Position numbers and translations under genes: made by a program | In this document: positions 35,607 to 45,806 of the stretch, piece by piece | Numbering within the stretch: position 1 is the stretch's first letter | Layout: every line of letters starts with the position of its first letter | The notes under the pieces: generated by a model | The model's input: the letters and a program-made list of their open reading frames with translations, nothing else | Told to the model about the DNA's origin: nothing | The model's database searches: none | Sequence record: NC_028248.1 | Reading direction: 5' to 3' (one strand) | Source: Escherichia phage slur16 | Length of the DNA: 64,000 bases

Positions 35607-36183
35607 AGAAGTTGATAACTATATTATCACCTTTTTGCATAGCATCGACTTTTTGCTTAATTTTATAAATATCTCTGATATGAAACCTACCCTTCGGGGA
35701 TTGAGTTATTATCTTCATAGTGTCCCCTGCGGCAATAGGTTTTCTAAGTCTTGGAGATATGCTTATAACAGCAGACCCAACACCATCGCTACGCACTGGA
35801 GCTGTTACCACTTTCAATTCATCATTGACAGATATTTTATCCCCAGCTCTAGCTATATCCCTGTTCGGCTCCCAACCAACCGTCTTCAAAAAATCGTCGT
35901 TACCAGTAGGCCCAAGGGCGATTGGCTCATTAGCTGTAACTGAGTGACCGTAAGTTTTAATAAGAAAGATGTTTCCATCTTTATACACCTGATCAACAAA
36001 GCTCTTAAGCTCTAGCAACTGTGACTCGCTGATATTGGAAACCGTCAAAGTGCCTTTCCAGTTAGGTGTGGCATAGGTTACTTTTTGCGTTTTACCTGTA
36101 AACGGACTTTTAAACGTAACAATATCTGCCAGCAGCTCCAATCTAATATCTGGAAGGTATCTAGGCCTTTCCCATAAAAACAT
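35593..36183 (-). CDS. putative tail/baseplate protein
   Basis: 196-aa ORF with GGAGG RBS, first gene after a promoter candidate. Confidence 0.4.
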   Translation of the reverse strand: MFLWERPRYLPDIRLELLADIVTFKSPFTGKTQKVTYATPNWKGTLTVSNISESQLLELKSFVDQVYKDGNIFLIKTYGHSVTANEPIALGPTGNDDFLKTVGWEPNRDIARAGDKISVNDELKVVTAPVRSDGVGSAVISISPRLRKPIAAGDTMKIITQSPKGRFHIRDIYKIKQKVDAMQKGDNIVINFFEDF

Positions 36184-36214
36184 TGTGCCTCCAGGTTAAA
36201 CAATCATGATAGCT

Positions 36215-36243
36215 ATTTTACCAGATTTTGAGTTAATACGCAA
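36215..36243 (-). promoter_or_regulatory. sigma70-like promoter with extended -10
   Basis: Minus strand: -35 TTGCGT (36243..36238), 17-nt spacer ending in TGG, -10 TAAAAT (36220..36215). Confidence 0.5.
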
Positions 36244-36245
36244 TA

Positions 36246-36275
36246 CAAACAAAAAGCCCCCGCCGAAGCGAGGGC
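36246..36275 (-). terminator. rho-independent terminator
   Basis: GC-rich hairpin GCCCCCGCCGAAGCGAGGGC with one mismatch, followed on the minus transcript by UUUUUGUUUG. Confidence 0.5.
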
Positions 36276-36282
36276 AGAACAG

Positions 36283-39200
36283 TTACTTCAGTTTCTCTTG
36301 CAATCCAGTAACAACCTCTGTCAATTTTTTAACCTGCTCCTCAAGGGCGGTTATTTTATCGTCCTGTTCCCTGCAAACCTGGACAAGCAAGCCTGTTACA
36401 GCTGCGTAGTCAACGTTATAGAACCTTTCCTCGGTCATCAGAGGAATACCGTCTTGAGTAGGACCTTCTATTTCCTTCCTTTTCACGAAAGATCCTACTG
36501 CCTCTGGCAATGCTTCCATAACCTCTTGAGCAATCACGCCTGCATAAGGCATACCATTCTCTTTCAAGGTGTAGGTATAGCCTTTCATCTTTCTAATTGC
36601 TTCCAGAGCGTTAGGTATGACCTCTATATTATCCTTCAGGTCTCTATCGGAACTTTGGCTAACAGTGGTACATTCTACCGTGCCGTTGACAGCAAAATAT
36701 CTTGATTTAGCCTCATCTGTCTTAGCTCCGCAGTGGAATACCCAGCTGGCGGCTGTTGAGTTATCACTTATCTGAAACTCAAGCACATTCTTCCTATCAG
36801 CGCCATTACCCCAATAGTACAACCTGCCTGTATTAGAAGGCATGTTCGAAGTGTTGGTAACATCAGCACCACCACCTGTGTGTATTGTGAACTCAGGTTC
36901 AAGATTGGACCCTTGAGTTTTTAAAGTGATACCCTTACCGCCAAGCTGCTGCCAATGGCCCCATGTGAAAACACCACCTATCGTTGTTCCATAACGCAGG
37001 AATTTTTCTCCAAGATATGTTGTATATTCCTGTACGCAACTCTCTGGAACGTTGGCATAGTTTCTATAGACAAGGAGAGTACCTGCCTGAGAGCATGGGT
37101 AGTTTCTATCAAGTGCGGCTTGAGCATTGGTCTCCTGATGATAAAAACCCTCTCTATCTCCTTTGTAGTCGTTAAGGTCATTAGTTCCCAACCCTTGACC
37201 ACGGTGCTGAATAACTTTGTTCCACGCTCTGTGGTTTCCCTGCTCTATGGAACGAGTGTACAGCTGGTCTAAACGACCTGCCATCTGGAAAGCGTAGTTT
37301 CCAGAAAAACCAACCGACAACCCTGCTACAACCATGGAACCTTCAGGTCCGTTGACGTTACCAGCCATTATTTTAGAAGGGTTGTTATTCCCGAACTGGT
37401 TGTTCCAGTCTGCACCTGTGTGGCATACAAAACCACCAGGAGCTGAGAAAGTGCCATCTTTGTTGAAGTTGTAGAATCTGTGAGCAGAACCTACAACATC
37501 ACGAACAATAACTTGACCAGCCTCTGGAGTAGATCTGAACTCTGCCTGACCTTTGAGACCAGCACCATTACCGCATTTAGAGGTAAACGTACCGTTAGTC
37601 AGATCCTCTGTCCCATCTGATGCACACTGGAAGCCTGCATTAGAGAATAACGCCTTTCTAGGACTGCCGTAGCACAAATAGTCAAGACCGTCTGCCCATA
37701 GCTCGACTTTTGGCATATTCATTTTGCTCATCACAGCATAGCGTTCAGCAGTGCCTATATAGTGCCACTGTGTGCCGCCACCAGTGTAGAACCCTGAAGT
37801 ACCTTTGAAGTCAACAATAGGTCTGGTATTGGTGTTATTATCTCCAAGAATAGCAAGATTCAAATCTGCTGACTGAAGAGGTGCAACGAACTTAACCCCA
37901 TCCTGATTGTCTGTTACAGCCCCAACCTGGTAATCTTGCTCTCTGGTAAACACTTCGACAACATTTCTACTTGCGTATATGCTGACAGGGAAAGCACGAG
38001 CCTCCACATAGAAAGCAACATACTCTTGTTTACCCCTTGTTGGAGCAATCATCCCAAGAAGTGCTTTTTCATTCTGGTAGAAATTTACTACCCCGTAGAA
38101 AGAGTCTCCCCTGTCCGTCCAGCCGCCAGTTCTATAGTGACACTGCAGGGTGGCACAGTTCATAGGGTCATTTCCAGATGAAGACCTGGTGACTATAGTA
38201 ATATCTGTACCTGTCGAAGGGGCGTAATACGGATCTGTTCTAACGATGATTGGGTAGTATTTCCCATCTTCCATCCCTGCGGTTCTTGGTAGTGTTAAGA
38301 AGTCTTTTACACCTGCTGCTATAGGAACTTTGAACAGATTCTGAGCATCTGCTAAAGTTGTAGCCCCGGTGCCACCTGCGGCTTGAGGTAGAGGTTCCCA
38401 CTTGGCCTTCCGGTTGTTATAAACACCCCATTCCAGAGTGCCGTTACCGGATTCGTCCATCCCACCATCCCAGATAACCATCTTGGCGGCTTTCTTGGAC
38501 CCCCAGAAGCCTCTTTCTGCTCCTGAACTACGAATCCACTCTCCAAGTCCCCAGTTTGTCAGCTGACCAGTAAGATCCCCAACCTGCATGTATTTAGGGC
38601 AGTCTAACACGCCGTCTTCGCGGAAACCTAAATATCTATGGGTTTCAGATCCTTTTGCACCTTTGTGCAGGTGGATTGTCAACCAAGCCTTATTGTCGTT
38701 TCTTACCTCAGAGTAGATCCTATATCCATGCTCAAGGACACCGTCAGCGCTGTATTTGTCCCCGTTAACAATACCTGATGCTGACTTAACATCAGCAGAA
38801 CTTTGAGACAGGTAAAGGTGCCCGAAGGTAGGGGAGTTTCTAGACCCGAGACCGATGTGCGATCTAAAGGTATCATCGTTACGAGGTCTGACCATTGGCT
38901 GCCATGCAGTCCACTGGTTTGTGTTGGCCTGATAGGTTCTCAAATACCAAACATCCACGTTAGAGAATGGATAGTATTCCTGACGACAACCTGTACCGCC
39001 GTTAGCATTGTTCTGCCAAACAATCAAGTGACCAGCACCAGAACCTGCAGGGTAACCATTTGCCTCAGTTGCATAAGCAGTCATCGGCTGGTAGTATACA
39101 CCATCCTGATTACCAGTCAAGTTATTGATATTGAAATTTGGCTCAAGGGCTGCACGTTGCTTATAGAAAGCCCCGATATTGATACGGACTCCAGCGGCAT

Positions 39201-40083
39201 CTCTGGCCCCCGTACCGCCTTGCTCTATAGCAAGAGGTTGCCACGAGGCTGTTTGTTGGTTCCACATGCCCCAACGGCCTGTTGCGTCAAGCTGCAAGTA
39301 CCCTGCCGTGTTTAAATCATCTCCAGCACGGATAACTGTTCTTGTTGGGTTGTTTGCCTCCAGGCGTTTAAATTCATCACGAAGTGCTATTCTTTTTGTT
39401 GTTGCTACACCGTTGGTTACTGCGATGGTATACATGGCTCCGGATGTAGCGCCACGGAAAATACCATCAACAGTTGTAGTATCACGACGAGATACCACAC
39501 CGTTCAGAAATTTTTCACCAGCTGCTACAGAAGGGTAGTTGGTGGTTCTTCCCTCTTCAATAACTGCAGGACCCACAAAGTTATCAAGGTGAATAACATC
39601 ACCTACAGTGTGCACCGTACCAAAATCTACACGCTGTGCAAGTGCTTTAGCATCGTTAGCTGTCTGAACAGTAACATCCATTACATCCTGGACAGACTGC
39701 CCTTCGGCTGTCATGATCATAGATGCGCCAATGGTAGATTCCAGCTCCTCCCTTAGGGACGGGTCAGTATATACCATCCATGCAGCGTCAGTAATCCCAC
39801 CATCGGAGTACGGTGAAGATAGTGCAGGAACAGTGTGTGGAAATTCGCCTTTCCAACGCAGGTAGAGATCTTCCTCTTCGAAATAGGCAAAATCCATTGG
39901 GCCGTTTAACTTACCACCTTCCTTAAAGGAGATTACATGAGAAACAGTCCCATCCACATGGACAACATCGCCAATTTTTACACGACGGGTCAGGTCTGGT
40001 TGTTGAACAACCAGGTAATCATCCTCTGTCACTGCGGTAGTGGCAGGAAGAGATTCAATTCTGACAACTTTAATATCAGCCAT
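36283..40083 (-). CDS. large tail fibre/tailspike protein (1266 aa)
   Basis: N-terminal ~90 aa (DYLVVQQPDLTRRVKIGDVVHV...FKEGGKL...DFAYFEE) homologous to the stand-alone 222-aa protein at 42718..43386; long Gly/Asn/Thr-rich body. Confidence 0.6.
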   Translation of the reverse strand: MADIKVVRIESLPATTAVTEDDYLVVQQPDLTRRVKIGDVVHVDGTVSHVISFKEGGKLNGPMDFAYFEEEDLYLRWKGEFPHTVPALSSPYSDGGITDAAWMVYTDPSLREELESTIGASMIMTAEGQSVQDVMDVTVQTANDAKALAQRVDFGTVHTVGDVIHLDNFVGPAVIEEGRTTNYPSVAAGEKFLNGVVSRRDTTTVDGIFRGATSGAMYTIAVTNGVATTKRIALRDEFKRLEANNPTRTVIRAGDDLNTAGYLQLDATGRWGMWNQQTASWQPLAIEQGGTGARDAAGVRINIGAFYKQRAALEPNFNINNLTGNQDGVYYQPMTAYATEANGYPAGSGAGHLIVWQNNANGGTGCRQEYYPFSNVDVWYLRTYQANTNQWTAWQPMVRPRNDDTFRSHIGLGSRNSPTFGHLYLSQSSADVKSASGIVNGDKYSADGVLEHGYRIYSEVRNDNKAWLTIHLHKGAKGSETHRYLGFREDGVLDCPKYMQVGDLTGQLTNWGLGEWIRSSGAERGFWGSKKAAKMVIWDGGMDESGNGTLEWGVYNNRKAKWEPLPQAAGGTGATTLADAQNLFKVPIAAGVKDFLTLPRTAGMEDGKYYPIIVRTDPYYAPSTGTDITIVTRSSSGNDPMNCATLQCHYRTGGWTDRGDSFYGVVNFYQNEKALLGMIAPTRGKQEYVAFYVEARAFPVSIYASRNVVEVFTREQDYQVGAVTDNQDGVKFVAPLQSADLNLAILGDNNTNTRPIVDFKGTSGFYTGGGTQWHYIGTAERYAVMSKMNMPKVELWADGLDYLCYGSPRKALFSNAGFQCASDGTEDLTNGTFTSKCGNGAGLKGQAEFRSTPEAGQVIVRDVVGSAHRFYNFNKDGTFSAPGGFVCHTGADWNNQFGNNNPSKIMAGNVNGPEGSMVVAGLSVGFSGNYAFQMAGRLDQLYTRSIEQGNHRAWNKVIQHRGQGLGTNDLNDYKGDREGFYHQETNAQAALDRNYPCSQAGTLLVYRNYANVPESCVQEYTTYLGEKFLRYGTTIGGVFTWGHWQQLGGKGITLKTQGSNLEPEFTIHTGGGADVTNTSNMPSNTGRLYYWGNGADRKNVLEFQISDNSTAASWVFHCGAKTDEAKSRYFAVNGTVECTTVSQSSDRDLKDNIEVIPNALEAIRKMKGYTYTLKENGMPYAGVIAQEVMEALPEAVGSFVKRKEIEGPTQDGIPLMTEERFYNVDYAAVTGLLVQVCREQDDKITALEEQVKKLTEVVTGLQEKLK

Positions 40084-40118
40084 TCTTTCTCCTGAAAGGG
40101 GGCAAACAGCCCCCTATG

Positions 40119-42716
40119 TTAAAGGTACAATCCACGGTATTGAGCATAAAGGCCCAGACCGCGAAGGATTTCGCCAGAGTGATAGCCCACCGGATCAGAA
40201 ACTGCCCAGCAGCCGTTTAAAACATTATCCCCATTGATGAAGTGGTGCTTTTGCAGTAGCTTCATACAGGCTTCTACAACAATGTCTATTTGAGGTATTG
40301 TCTCTGAATACCCGCACAGACCTAGCCAGCAGCAACCTGCAAGCCATTCACCTACCACCCACATCCTGTCCCCCCTGTCTTGATAAGAATATCCCCCAGA
40401 GGTGTTAAAGTCTGTAGGCAGATTTCCTGAATGAGATGACTGGAATCTGTTGAGGAACCATGCCCATTTCTGGCAGAACAGGAATAATCTTTCATCAACA
40501 GGTTCTTTATGTTTCTTGAGCTCATAGATTGTGCGGCACGCAGCAACAAAAGATCTTGACTGGAGCTTAGAGTTATCTACCATCTCCCACCAACCAGTCA
40601 GCCCTTCATTACCTCTCTGCCATACATAACGCGAGGCAACTGGACCCTCTGTCTTAAATGTATTATTATACCAGACTTGAGCGTCATACAGAAAGCCTAT
40701 TGTATTTGACAATCTATGGCGATCTATGTTTTCTGCACCCATGCAGTATACTGCTGGGTATTGCATGCCAGGGTAGGGCCAATTTGGCTTTTCCTCTAAG
40801 AGATAGTTTTCCTTATCTATCACCTTTCCGGCAGGGAACACACCTGGTGTGTGCCTGTATGCACCTTGCTTGTAGTTTCTGACATAGCAATCACCAACCT
40901 TAGCGGTTGATTCTGTCTTGCTTGCCATCCATACGCTAAACCATATTAGATAAGCATCCCTATCTGCAATATAGAACTGCGGCAGCGTGTTTACGCAGTA
41001 CAGATCAAACAAGCCATTACCTATCTGCCTGTCGCTTAGGCTGAAATCTACAGAGGTGAGCCCCTTAGGATTAGCAAAGAAAGGTTTAATCTCTTCTTCG
41101 GTGTGATGAGGTTGTGTCGGATCTAGTTTGAAATCTCCTAGAGTAAGAGTTTCTGTTATCCATTGTCCATTAGTGGCATATAGATCAGCATACCATAACC
41201 ACCTATCTTTGTCAAGAAATTTGACCCTTACCATCTCATCATCTGATCGATAAGTTACTGAGTTTAAAGAAATCTCTCTCCCAAAATTGAAAGTTACTTT
41301 ACCTCTTGCTATATTACAACGGGTGAAGTTGTCAGAGTGGTTGTAAATGTCGGTATCATACTGCATACTAACACTAGCGCCACCGCTTACGACAATGTTT
41401 TCCTCTTTAGGTAAGAGATACGGATTACCGTCTTTACCAACTACCTCTACGAAATCAGTAACCTTGGCAACTATTTCTGTTACCTCTGCCCCTCCAAAAG
41501 GAACCCCTATCCTGTACTGTTTTTTGTTATTGTTGCCATCATTAAGGATGAAATGTGGCTGGAACAGAACCCCTTCTCCTCCGAAATTCATAACAATTTC
41601 AGCATCTCTGCCTATTTTGTATGTAGTCCCTTTTTGAATTATTTCGCAAGGCTGGCGTGCGTTCATTCTAAAATTGATATACCCGTCACTGTCCCTGCTC
41701 ATGGCAGGAACTGTTCCTGCAACAAGGCAAGTACCATCTGTAAACGGTGCCTTAATCAACGTGGTCTTCCTAAACAGTTTGTCGTAGGCGTTTATATCAC
41801 TGAAATTAAGCAATTTGTTGTAAGACTGTTTAAACGCGGTGTAATACTTTTCCTCACCTGTCAAGGTGTAGAGTTGATAACAAGCGTCACACCACATTTC
41901 TTCCCCGTCCAACTCTGGGGCCTGATTATCTGCAACCACGTTTATAGGATTTACAATTACAGGGGATCCTGCAGGTATCACCGATCCGCCCTGCTCTTGA
42001 GGTAATCTTACACAATAGGTCACCTTGTGGCTGCCTGTAACACCCTTATCTTGTAATTGGATTGTGCCGAACTCTACAGACGTATGACCACTGTCGGCTA
42101 TGCTACCGTTAGCCCAATAGCGGTTACCATCCCATGCTATGTACCACTCAACCCACCAACTTAATCCGGATGTTGTCCAATCTGGGTTAGCATCTGTGCC
42201 ACCGTAAACATCAGAGTCTACAGTGTTTCTTCCTAACACACCGTTATACGCTTGGAATGCCTTGTCAAGGTATTCTCCCCATGTCGGAGATCCAGCTGGG
42301 ATTTTTCCTCTACCGTTGGTAAAAGACACCACCACATCTTTAAACCCACCATGTGATGGAACCCCATCTGTGGATAGGGGGTAGTGGGACAATCTTTGCA
42401 TTTTACTTTCTACTGCATATGCACCCAGAAGATGGCTATTGTAAGCTTCCCAAGCATCTTTTGCCCTACCCAGATAGAAATCGCTTTTCGATGCCCTGTA
42501 TGCTTCAATGTATCCCAGAATCAACACAGCTTGGGACTCATGCATTGCCCAATCATTATTTATCTTATTACCTGCCCACCCTGCAGCTATAAGACCATCA
42601 GGGTTTACTAGCTTATTTTGTGTAGGGGTGTTGGTAATACCTGTGTTGTTATCGAGGCACTTCCTGTGCCCCTCAATCATCTGAAATACGTTATCAATGT
42701 TATGTTGAATACGCAT
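40119..42716 (-). CDS. putative tailspike catalytic/receptor-binding protein
   Basis: 865 aa, Trp/Tyr-rich, glycosidase-like composition; starts 2 nt after the stop of the anchor-domain protein with its own AGGAG RBS. Confidence 0.45.
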   Translation of the reverse strand: MRIQHNIDNVFQMIEGHRKCLDNNTGITNTPTQNKLVNPDGLIAAGWAGNKINNDWAMHESQAVLILGYIEAYRASKSDFYLGRAKDAWEAYNSHLLGAYAVESKMQRLSHYPLSTDGVPSHGGFKDVVVSFTNGRGKIPAGSPTWGEYLDKAFQAYNGVLGRNTVDSDVYGGTDANPDWTTSGLSWWVEWYIAWDGNRYWANGSIADSGHTSVEFGTIQLQDKGVTGSHKVTYCVRLPQEQGGSVIPAGSPVIVNPINVVADNQAPELDGEEMWCDACYQLYTLTGEEKYYTAFKQSYNKLLNFSDINAYDKLFRKTTLIKAPFTDGTCLVAGTVPAMSRDSDGYINFRMNARQPCEIIQKGTTYKIGRDAEIVMNFGGEGVLFQPHFILNDGNNNKKQYRIGVPFGGAEVTEIVAKVTDFVEVVGKDGNPYLLPKEENIVVSGGASVSMQYDTDIYNHSDNFTRCNIARGKVTFNFGREISLNSVTYRSDDEMVRVKFLDKDRWLWYADLYATNGQWITETLTLGDFKLDPTQPHHTEEEIKPFFANPKGLTSVDFSLSDRQIGNGLFDLYCVNTLPQFYIADRDAYLIWFSVWMASKTESTAKVGDCYVRNYKQGAYRHTPGVFPAGKVIDKENYLLEEKPNWPYPGMQYPAVYCMGAENIDRHRLSNTIGFLYDAQVWYNNTFKTEGPVASRYVWQRGNEGLTGWWEMVDNSKLQSRSFVAACRTIYELKKHKEPVDERLFLFCQKWAWFLNRFQSSHSGNLPTDFNTSGGYSYQDRGDRMWVVGEWLAGCCWLGLCGYSETIPQIDIVVEACMKLLQKHHFINGDNVLNGCWAVSDPVGYHSGEILRGLGLYAQYRGLYL

Positions 42717-42717
42717 C

Positions 42718-43386
42718 TTAGATAGCTCCTGCGATAATCAGTGCCCCGTACCAAGTTAACCCGTTGTCGTAGGTTTCCAACTTGAAAATATCTGTTGCAC
42801 CAGCTGTAAATGTTAGGATAGGATCTCTTCCGTAGGACCATTTAACATTACCAGGCCAATAGACTTTGTTGCCGCCAGAGGTCTGAGTAATGCATACGGT
42901 TATAGTTCTCGCCACTCCTTCAAGACCTTCTGTTTGATTTTCAAAAGAGATTGTGGTATTTGAAGTTAGTCGAACCTTAAAGGTATCCGCAACTTCAAGA
43001 TCCATATCAAGCTGACCACCGATAGATCCGTAATCAACTATTCTGCCAGAAGAAGTTGCAGCAAGCTCACCAAAAACAGACCAGGCATTTGCAGACACAC
43101 CCCCAGCACCCTCTACAGTGGAGTCTGGGAGGATTATTTTAGGATAATCCCCGTTCCACGTGTAGTAGCGCTTAGTTTCTGGGTCATAAGCAAAGTCCTT
43201 CTTGCTCTTAAGATAACCACCCTCTGTGAAATAGACTATCTTAGTAATGCTAAGATCGTTGACAACATCGTCAATCTTAGCCTTTCTTGTCCCATCAGTC
43301 TGGTTGACAACCAAGAAGTCATCACTCAAGACTGTTTCTGCATCTTCAAGATCTGGAATTGGTATTGTAGGATAAGCTACAGCCAT
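42718..43386 (-). CDS. tail fibre N-terminal anchor-domain protein (stand-alone)
   Basis: 222 aa; motif DFLVVNQTDGTRKAKIDDVVN...FTEGGYLKSKKDFAYDPE parallels the N-terminus of the 1266-aa fibre. Confidence 0.5.
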   Translation of the reverse strand: MAVAYPTIPIPDLEDAETVLSDDFLVVNQTDGTRKAKIDDVVNDLSITKIVYFTEGGYLKSKKDFAYDPETKRYYTWNGDYPKIILPDSTVEGAGGVSANAWSVFGELAATSSGRIVDYGSIGGQLDMDLEVADTFKVRLTSNTTISFENQTEGLEGVARTITVCITQTSGGNKVYWPGNVKWSYGRDPILTFTAGATDIFKLETYDNGLTWYGALIIAGAI

Positions 43387-43395
43387 GATTTCTCC

Positions 43396-44112
43396 TTAGT
43401 TAACATCAATAGCACGACCAGACTGGTTGGCAATAGCCTCATCATTGGAGGTAGCAATAACACCAGAGTATTCGCGCTCATCTGGAGCAAGCGTCCAGGT
43501 ATTGCGGTTAATGGTTTGTTCTGCCTCAGTCATCAGCAGATCTTTATCCTGAGTCAACAGAGAGCCTACAGGGATCGGGTTTTCCATCTCAGGGCCAGCA
43601 TACTGGTTCCACCATGTGGCATCTCCTGTTCTAGGCAATCTGAAGTTGATCAGATAGTACAGTTTATTAGCCCACTTAATCCAACCCTCATCATCACAGA
43701 GAGAGGTTGTCCCAGAATCAGGCTGTGGGTAGGTGAACTGATCAAGACCTACGAAAGCCAGCCTTACAATCTCGTTCTCTTTGGTAACAACCTCGAAGAA
43801 CGCTTGGTATGTTCTCGATCTTCGGTCCATGGTAGACTGGAAGTTTATGATGTTTAGCACATCCGGCTCTTGTCTTGCCACTTCCATGATCTTGTTATCA
43901 AGAACAGTCTTCATGACCTTCTTGCTGAGAAAGTCCATATAAGGGAAGCCAAACAGCTCGTCAAAGTACCAGCTCCCCTTCCACGTATTAAACCTCATCC
44001 ACAAGCGCTGGCGCAGACTTACCTGGTTTGAATCTATCAACTCAAGACCTTTGTCTATCGCCAAATCGCCTGTCTGTGGGTCCATCAATATATCACTATA
44101 AAGCGTAGCCAT
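43396..44112 (-). CDS. putative baseplate protein
   Basis: 238-aa ORF immediately downstream of the spike gene. Confidence 0.4.
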   Translation of the reverse strand: MATLYSDILMDPQTGDLAIDKGLELIDSNQVSLRQRLWMRFNTWKGSWYFDELFGFPYMDFLSKKVMKTVLDNKIMEVARQEPDVLNIINFQSTMDRRSRTYQAFFEVVTKENEIVRLAFVGLDQFTYPQPDSGTTSLCDDEGWIKWANKLYYLINFRLPRTGDATWWNQYAGPEMENPIPVGSLLTQDKDLLMTEAEQTINRNTWTLAPDEREYSGVIATSNDEAIANQSGRAIDVN

Positions 44113-44124
44113 GAAAGCCCTCTA

Positions 44125-44802
44125 TTAGTGCGGTCCACTTGTCTCGCCATCAGGGCAAGAGTGGGTATGACCTTTATATTCTGCATAGAATGAATCCAAA
44201 TCCACGCCAGCAGCAGTTATAATTCTACCAGATGGGTCTATTGTAGCACCATTCATTCTGATATTCCCATCCACAGCAGCTCGCAAATTGGCAGCCCCGT
44301 TAGTGAAAGAAAACTCCCCGCTGCTGTCGCACCGTAATGTCCCACCAGGTGTTTGAAGCTCAAAATCGCCAGAAGGTGTCAGTTTAAAATAAACCCTATC
44401 ATTCCATAACTCTACGTTATCAGGATCGATCTGTAAGGCGTTTGAGTCTGAATGAACAGAGGTGATTGCCCACCCCGGAAACAGGCCGTGAGTTTGTTGA
44501 TCGTCGTTATTGTTTTCATTTCTCTCTGAAAACTGCAATCCTACAACATCTCCAGCCTTAATAGGGAGTGTTAACCTTGCCTTTCCGCTGTTTGCAGACA
44601 TCACCTGAATTGGAACGTCATAGATAAGAGGGTATCTCTCCACATCTCCGTCATCAAACGTAGTTTCAGCTATTGGCTGCACGGCTGCAGAAGGTATACT
44701 GTAGTCTACACTGACAACTCTGGCCCTGATACTGGTGTGGTAGTCCCTCATTATTTTTTCTATAAAAGATCTTACAGCAGCATCTTTCCTATTTATTGCC
44801 AT
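44125..44802 (-). CDS. baseplate central spike protein (gpV/gp5-like)
   Basis: 225 aa; C-terminal YKGHTHSCPDGETSGPH (HxH apex motif); position in the baseplate block. Confidence 0.5.
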   Translation of the reverse strand: MAINRKDAAVRSFIEKIMRDYHTSIRARVVSVDYSIPSAAVQPIAETTFDDGDVERYPLIYDVPIQVMSANSGKARLTLPIKAGDVVGLQFSERNENNNDDQQTHGLFPGWAITSVHSDSNALQIDPDNVELWNDRVYFKLTPSGDFELQTPGGTLRCDSSGEFSFTNGAANLRAAVDGNIRMNGATIDPSGRIITAAGVDLDSFYAEYKGHTHSCPDGETSGPH

Positions 44803-45806
44803 TATACCTCCTCAGTTTTGTCAACAACTCCACCCACTGTTTCCCCAAGGCCAAGCTCTGTAGTGTAATCACCACCTTCTATGGTGCCCTTATGATGCAC
44901 CGTGATCACCTTATAGAAGCCTGTATATTGCTTGCTTTTAAGATAAATAGTGGACTCTGGGAGGATAGCTCCGTTAAGGCATGTGGTTACAGTAAGGCCA
45001 ACATCCTCTCTCGGGTTTTTCTTTTTCTTTTTAGATGTCGAACCACCTTTGGCAGCAGCTTTAGCTTTTCGTTTTTTAGCAGGTTCTGGGTTTTTAGGGG
45101 TAGGAGATCCGTGCATCCCAGACTCTGCACTTATTTCAAACACAGAGTCTTTGAACCTTTTTCCAACCTTGGTCCAATACAAAGCCCCATCCTGAACGCT
45201 AAATGTTGAGTTGGTCAGCCTTGCAAACCTGCGGAGGTTCTCTGCAGTGTTTCCAGAGAAAGCCATAGAGTATTGCAAAGTCTGGTTTCCAAAACCAACA
45301 ACCCTACCTTTTGGCAAGTTCATATCCTTCAGTAGGTCATTAAGCACAGAGTTCAGAGGTGTACCTTTCTGATAAGATCTTGTGCTTTGGCACTTAATGA
45401 TGTTCTCAGTGCCATCCCCAAAGATGAACTTAGTTTTTCTGGTCGGACCTTCCCACCTGTCTTCAACAAACTCCACAGTTCCGGAGAATATCAACTGGTT
45501 CTCATTATCATAGCCAGCTTCAAACATAACTGCAAGGGCATCAGCCTGATGCATATCCAGATAGTTAACTGTATCGTCAGACAGGTTGTAAACTGTCACA
45601 TAACCTTTGTTTGGCTCTTTGGTATTGTCCTTTTGTATGTCAAACTCTATATTGGCAGCACCAGTGTCTGAGCTAACTTCATAAACTCCGGAATCACTCT
45701 CCCCTTTCTTTTCAACAGATTTTGGGATATTGGTTTTTGATTTACCGCCATGTTCTACAGGACGACCAAACAATAATCGCCATGTTCTACGTCTGTACTC
45801 TGCCAT
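44802..45806 (-). CDS. putative baseplate hub protein
   Basis: 334-aa ORF with a Lys-rich low-complexity segment, directly upstream of the spike gene. Confidence 0.35.
   Translation of the reverse strand: MAEYRRRTWRLLFGRPVEHGGKSKTNIPKSVEKKGESDSGVYEVSSDTGAANIEFDIQKDNTKEPNKGYVTVYNLSDDTVNYLDMHQADALAVMFEAGYDNENQLIFSGTVEFVEDRWEGPTRKTKFIFGDGTENIIKCQSTRSYQKGTPLNSVLNDLLKDMNLPKGRVVGFGNQTLQYSMAFSGNTAENLRRFARLTNSTFSVQDGALYWTKVGKRFKDSVFEISAESGMHGSPTPKNPEPAKKRKAKAAAKGGSTSKKKKKNPREDVGLTVTTCLNGAILPESTIYLKSKQYTGFYKVITVHHKGTIEGGDYTTELGLGETVGGVVDKTEEV

Noticed and set aside
30776-36183. Lambda-like L/K/I/J tail-tip cassette (J-like 1279-aa protein preceded by three small genes)
   Set aside because: Resemblance is by general layout only; the module otherwise has sheath, tube and gpV-like spike candidates. 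Left as generic tail/baseplate calls rather than asserting a siphovirus tail tip.
40086-40112. GGGGGC-aaacag-CCCCC hairpin downstream of the 865-aa gene
   Set aside because: No U-tract follows on the minus-strand transcript and the next gene's RBS is adjacent; probably a stability element rather than a terminator, so not listed as a feature.
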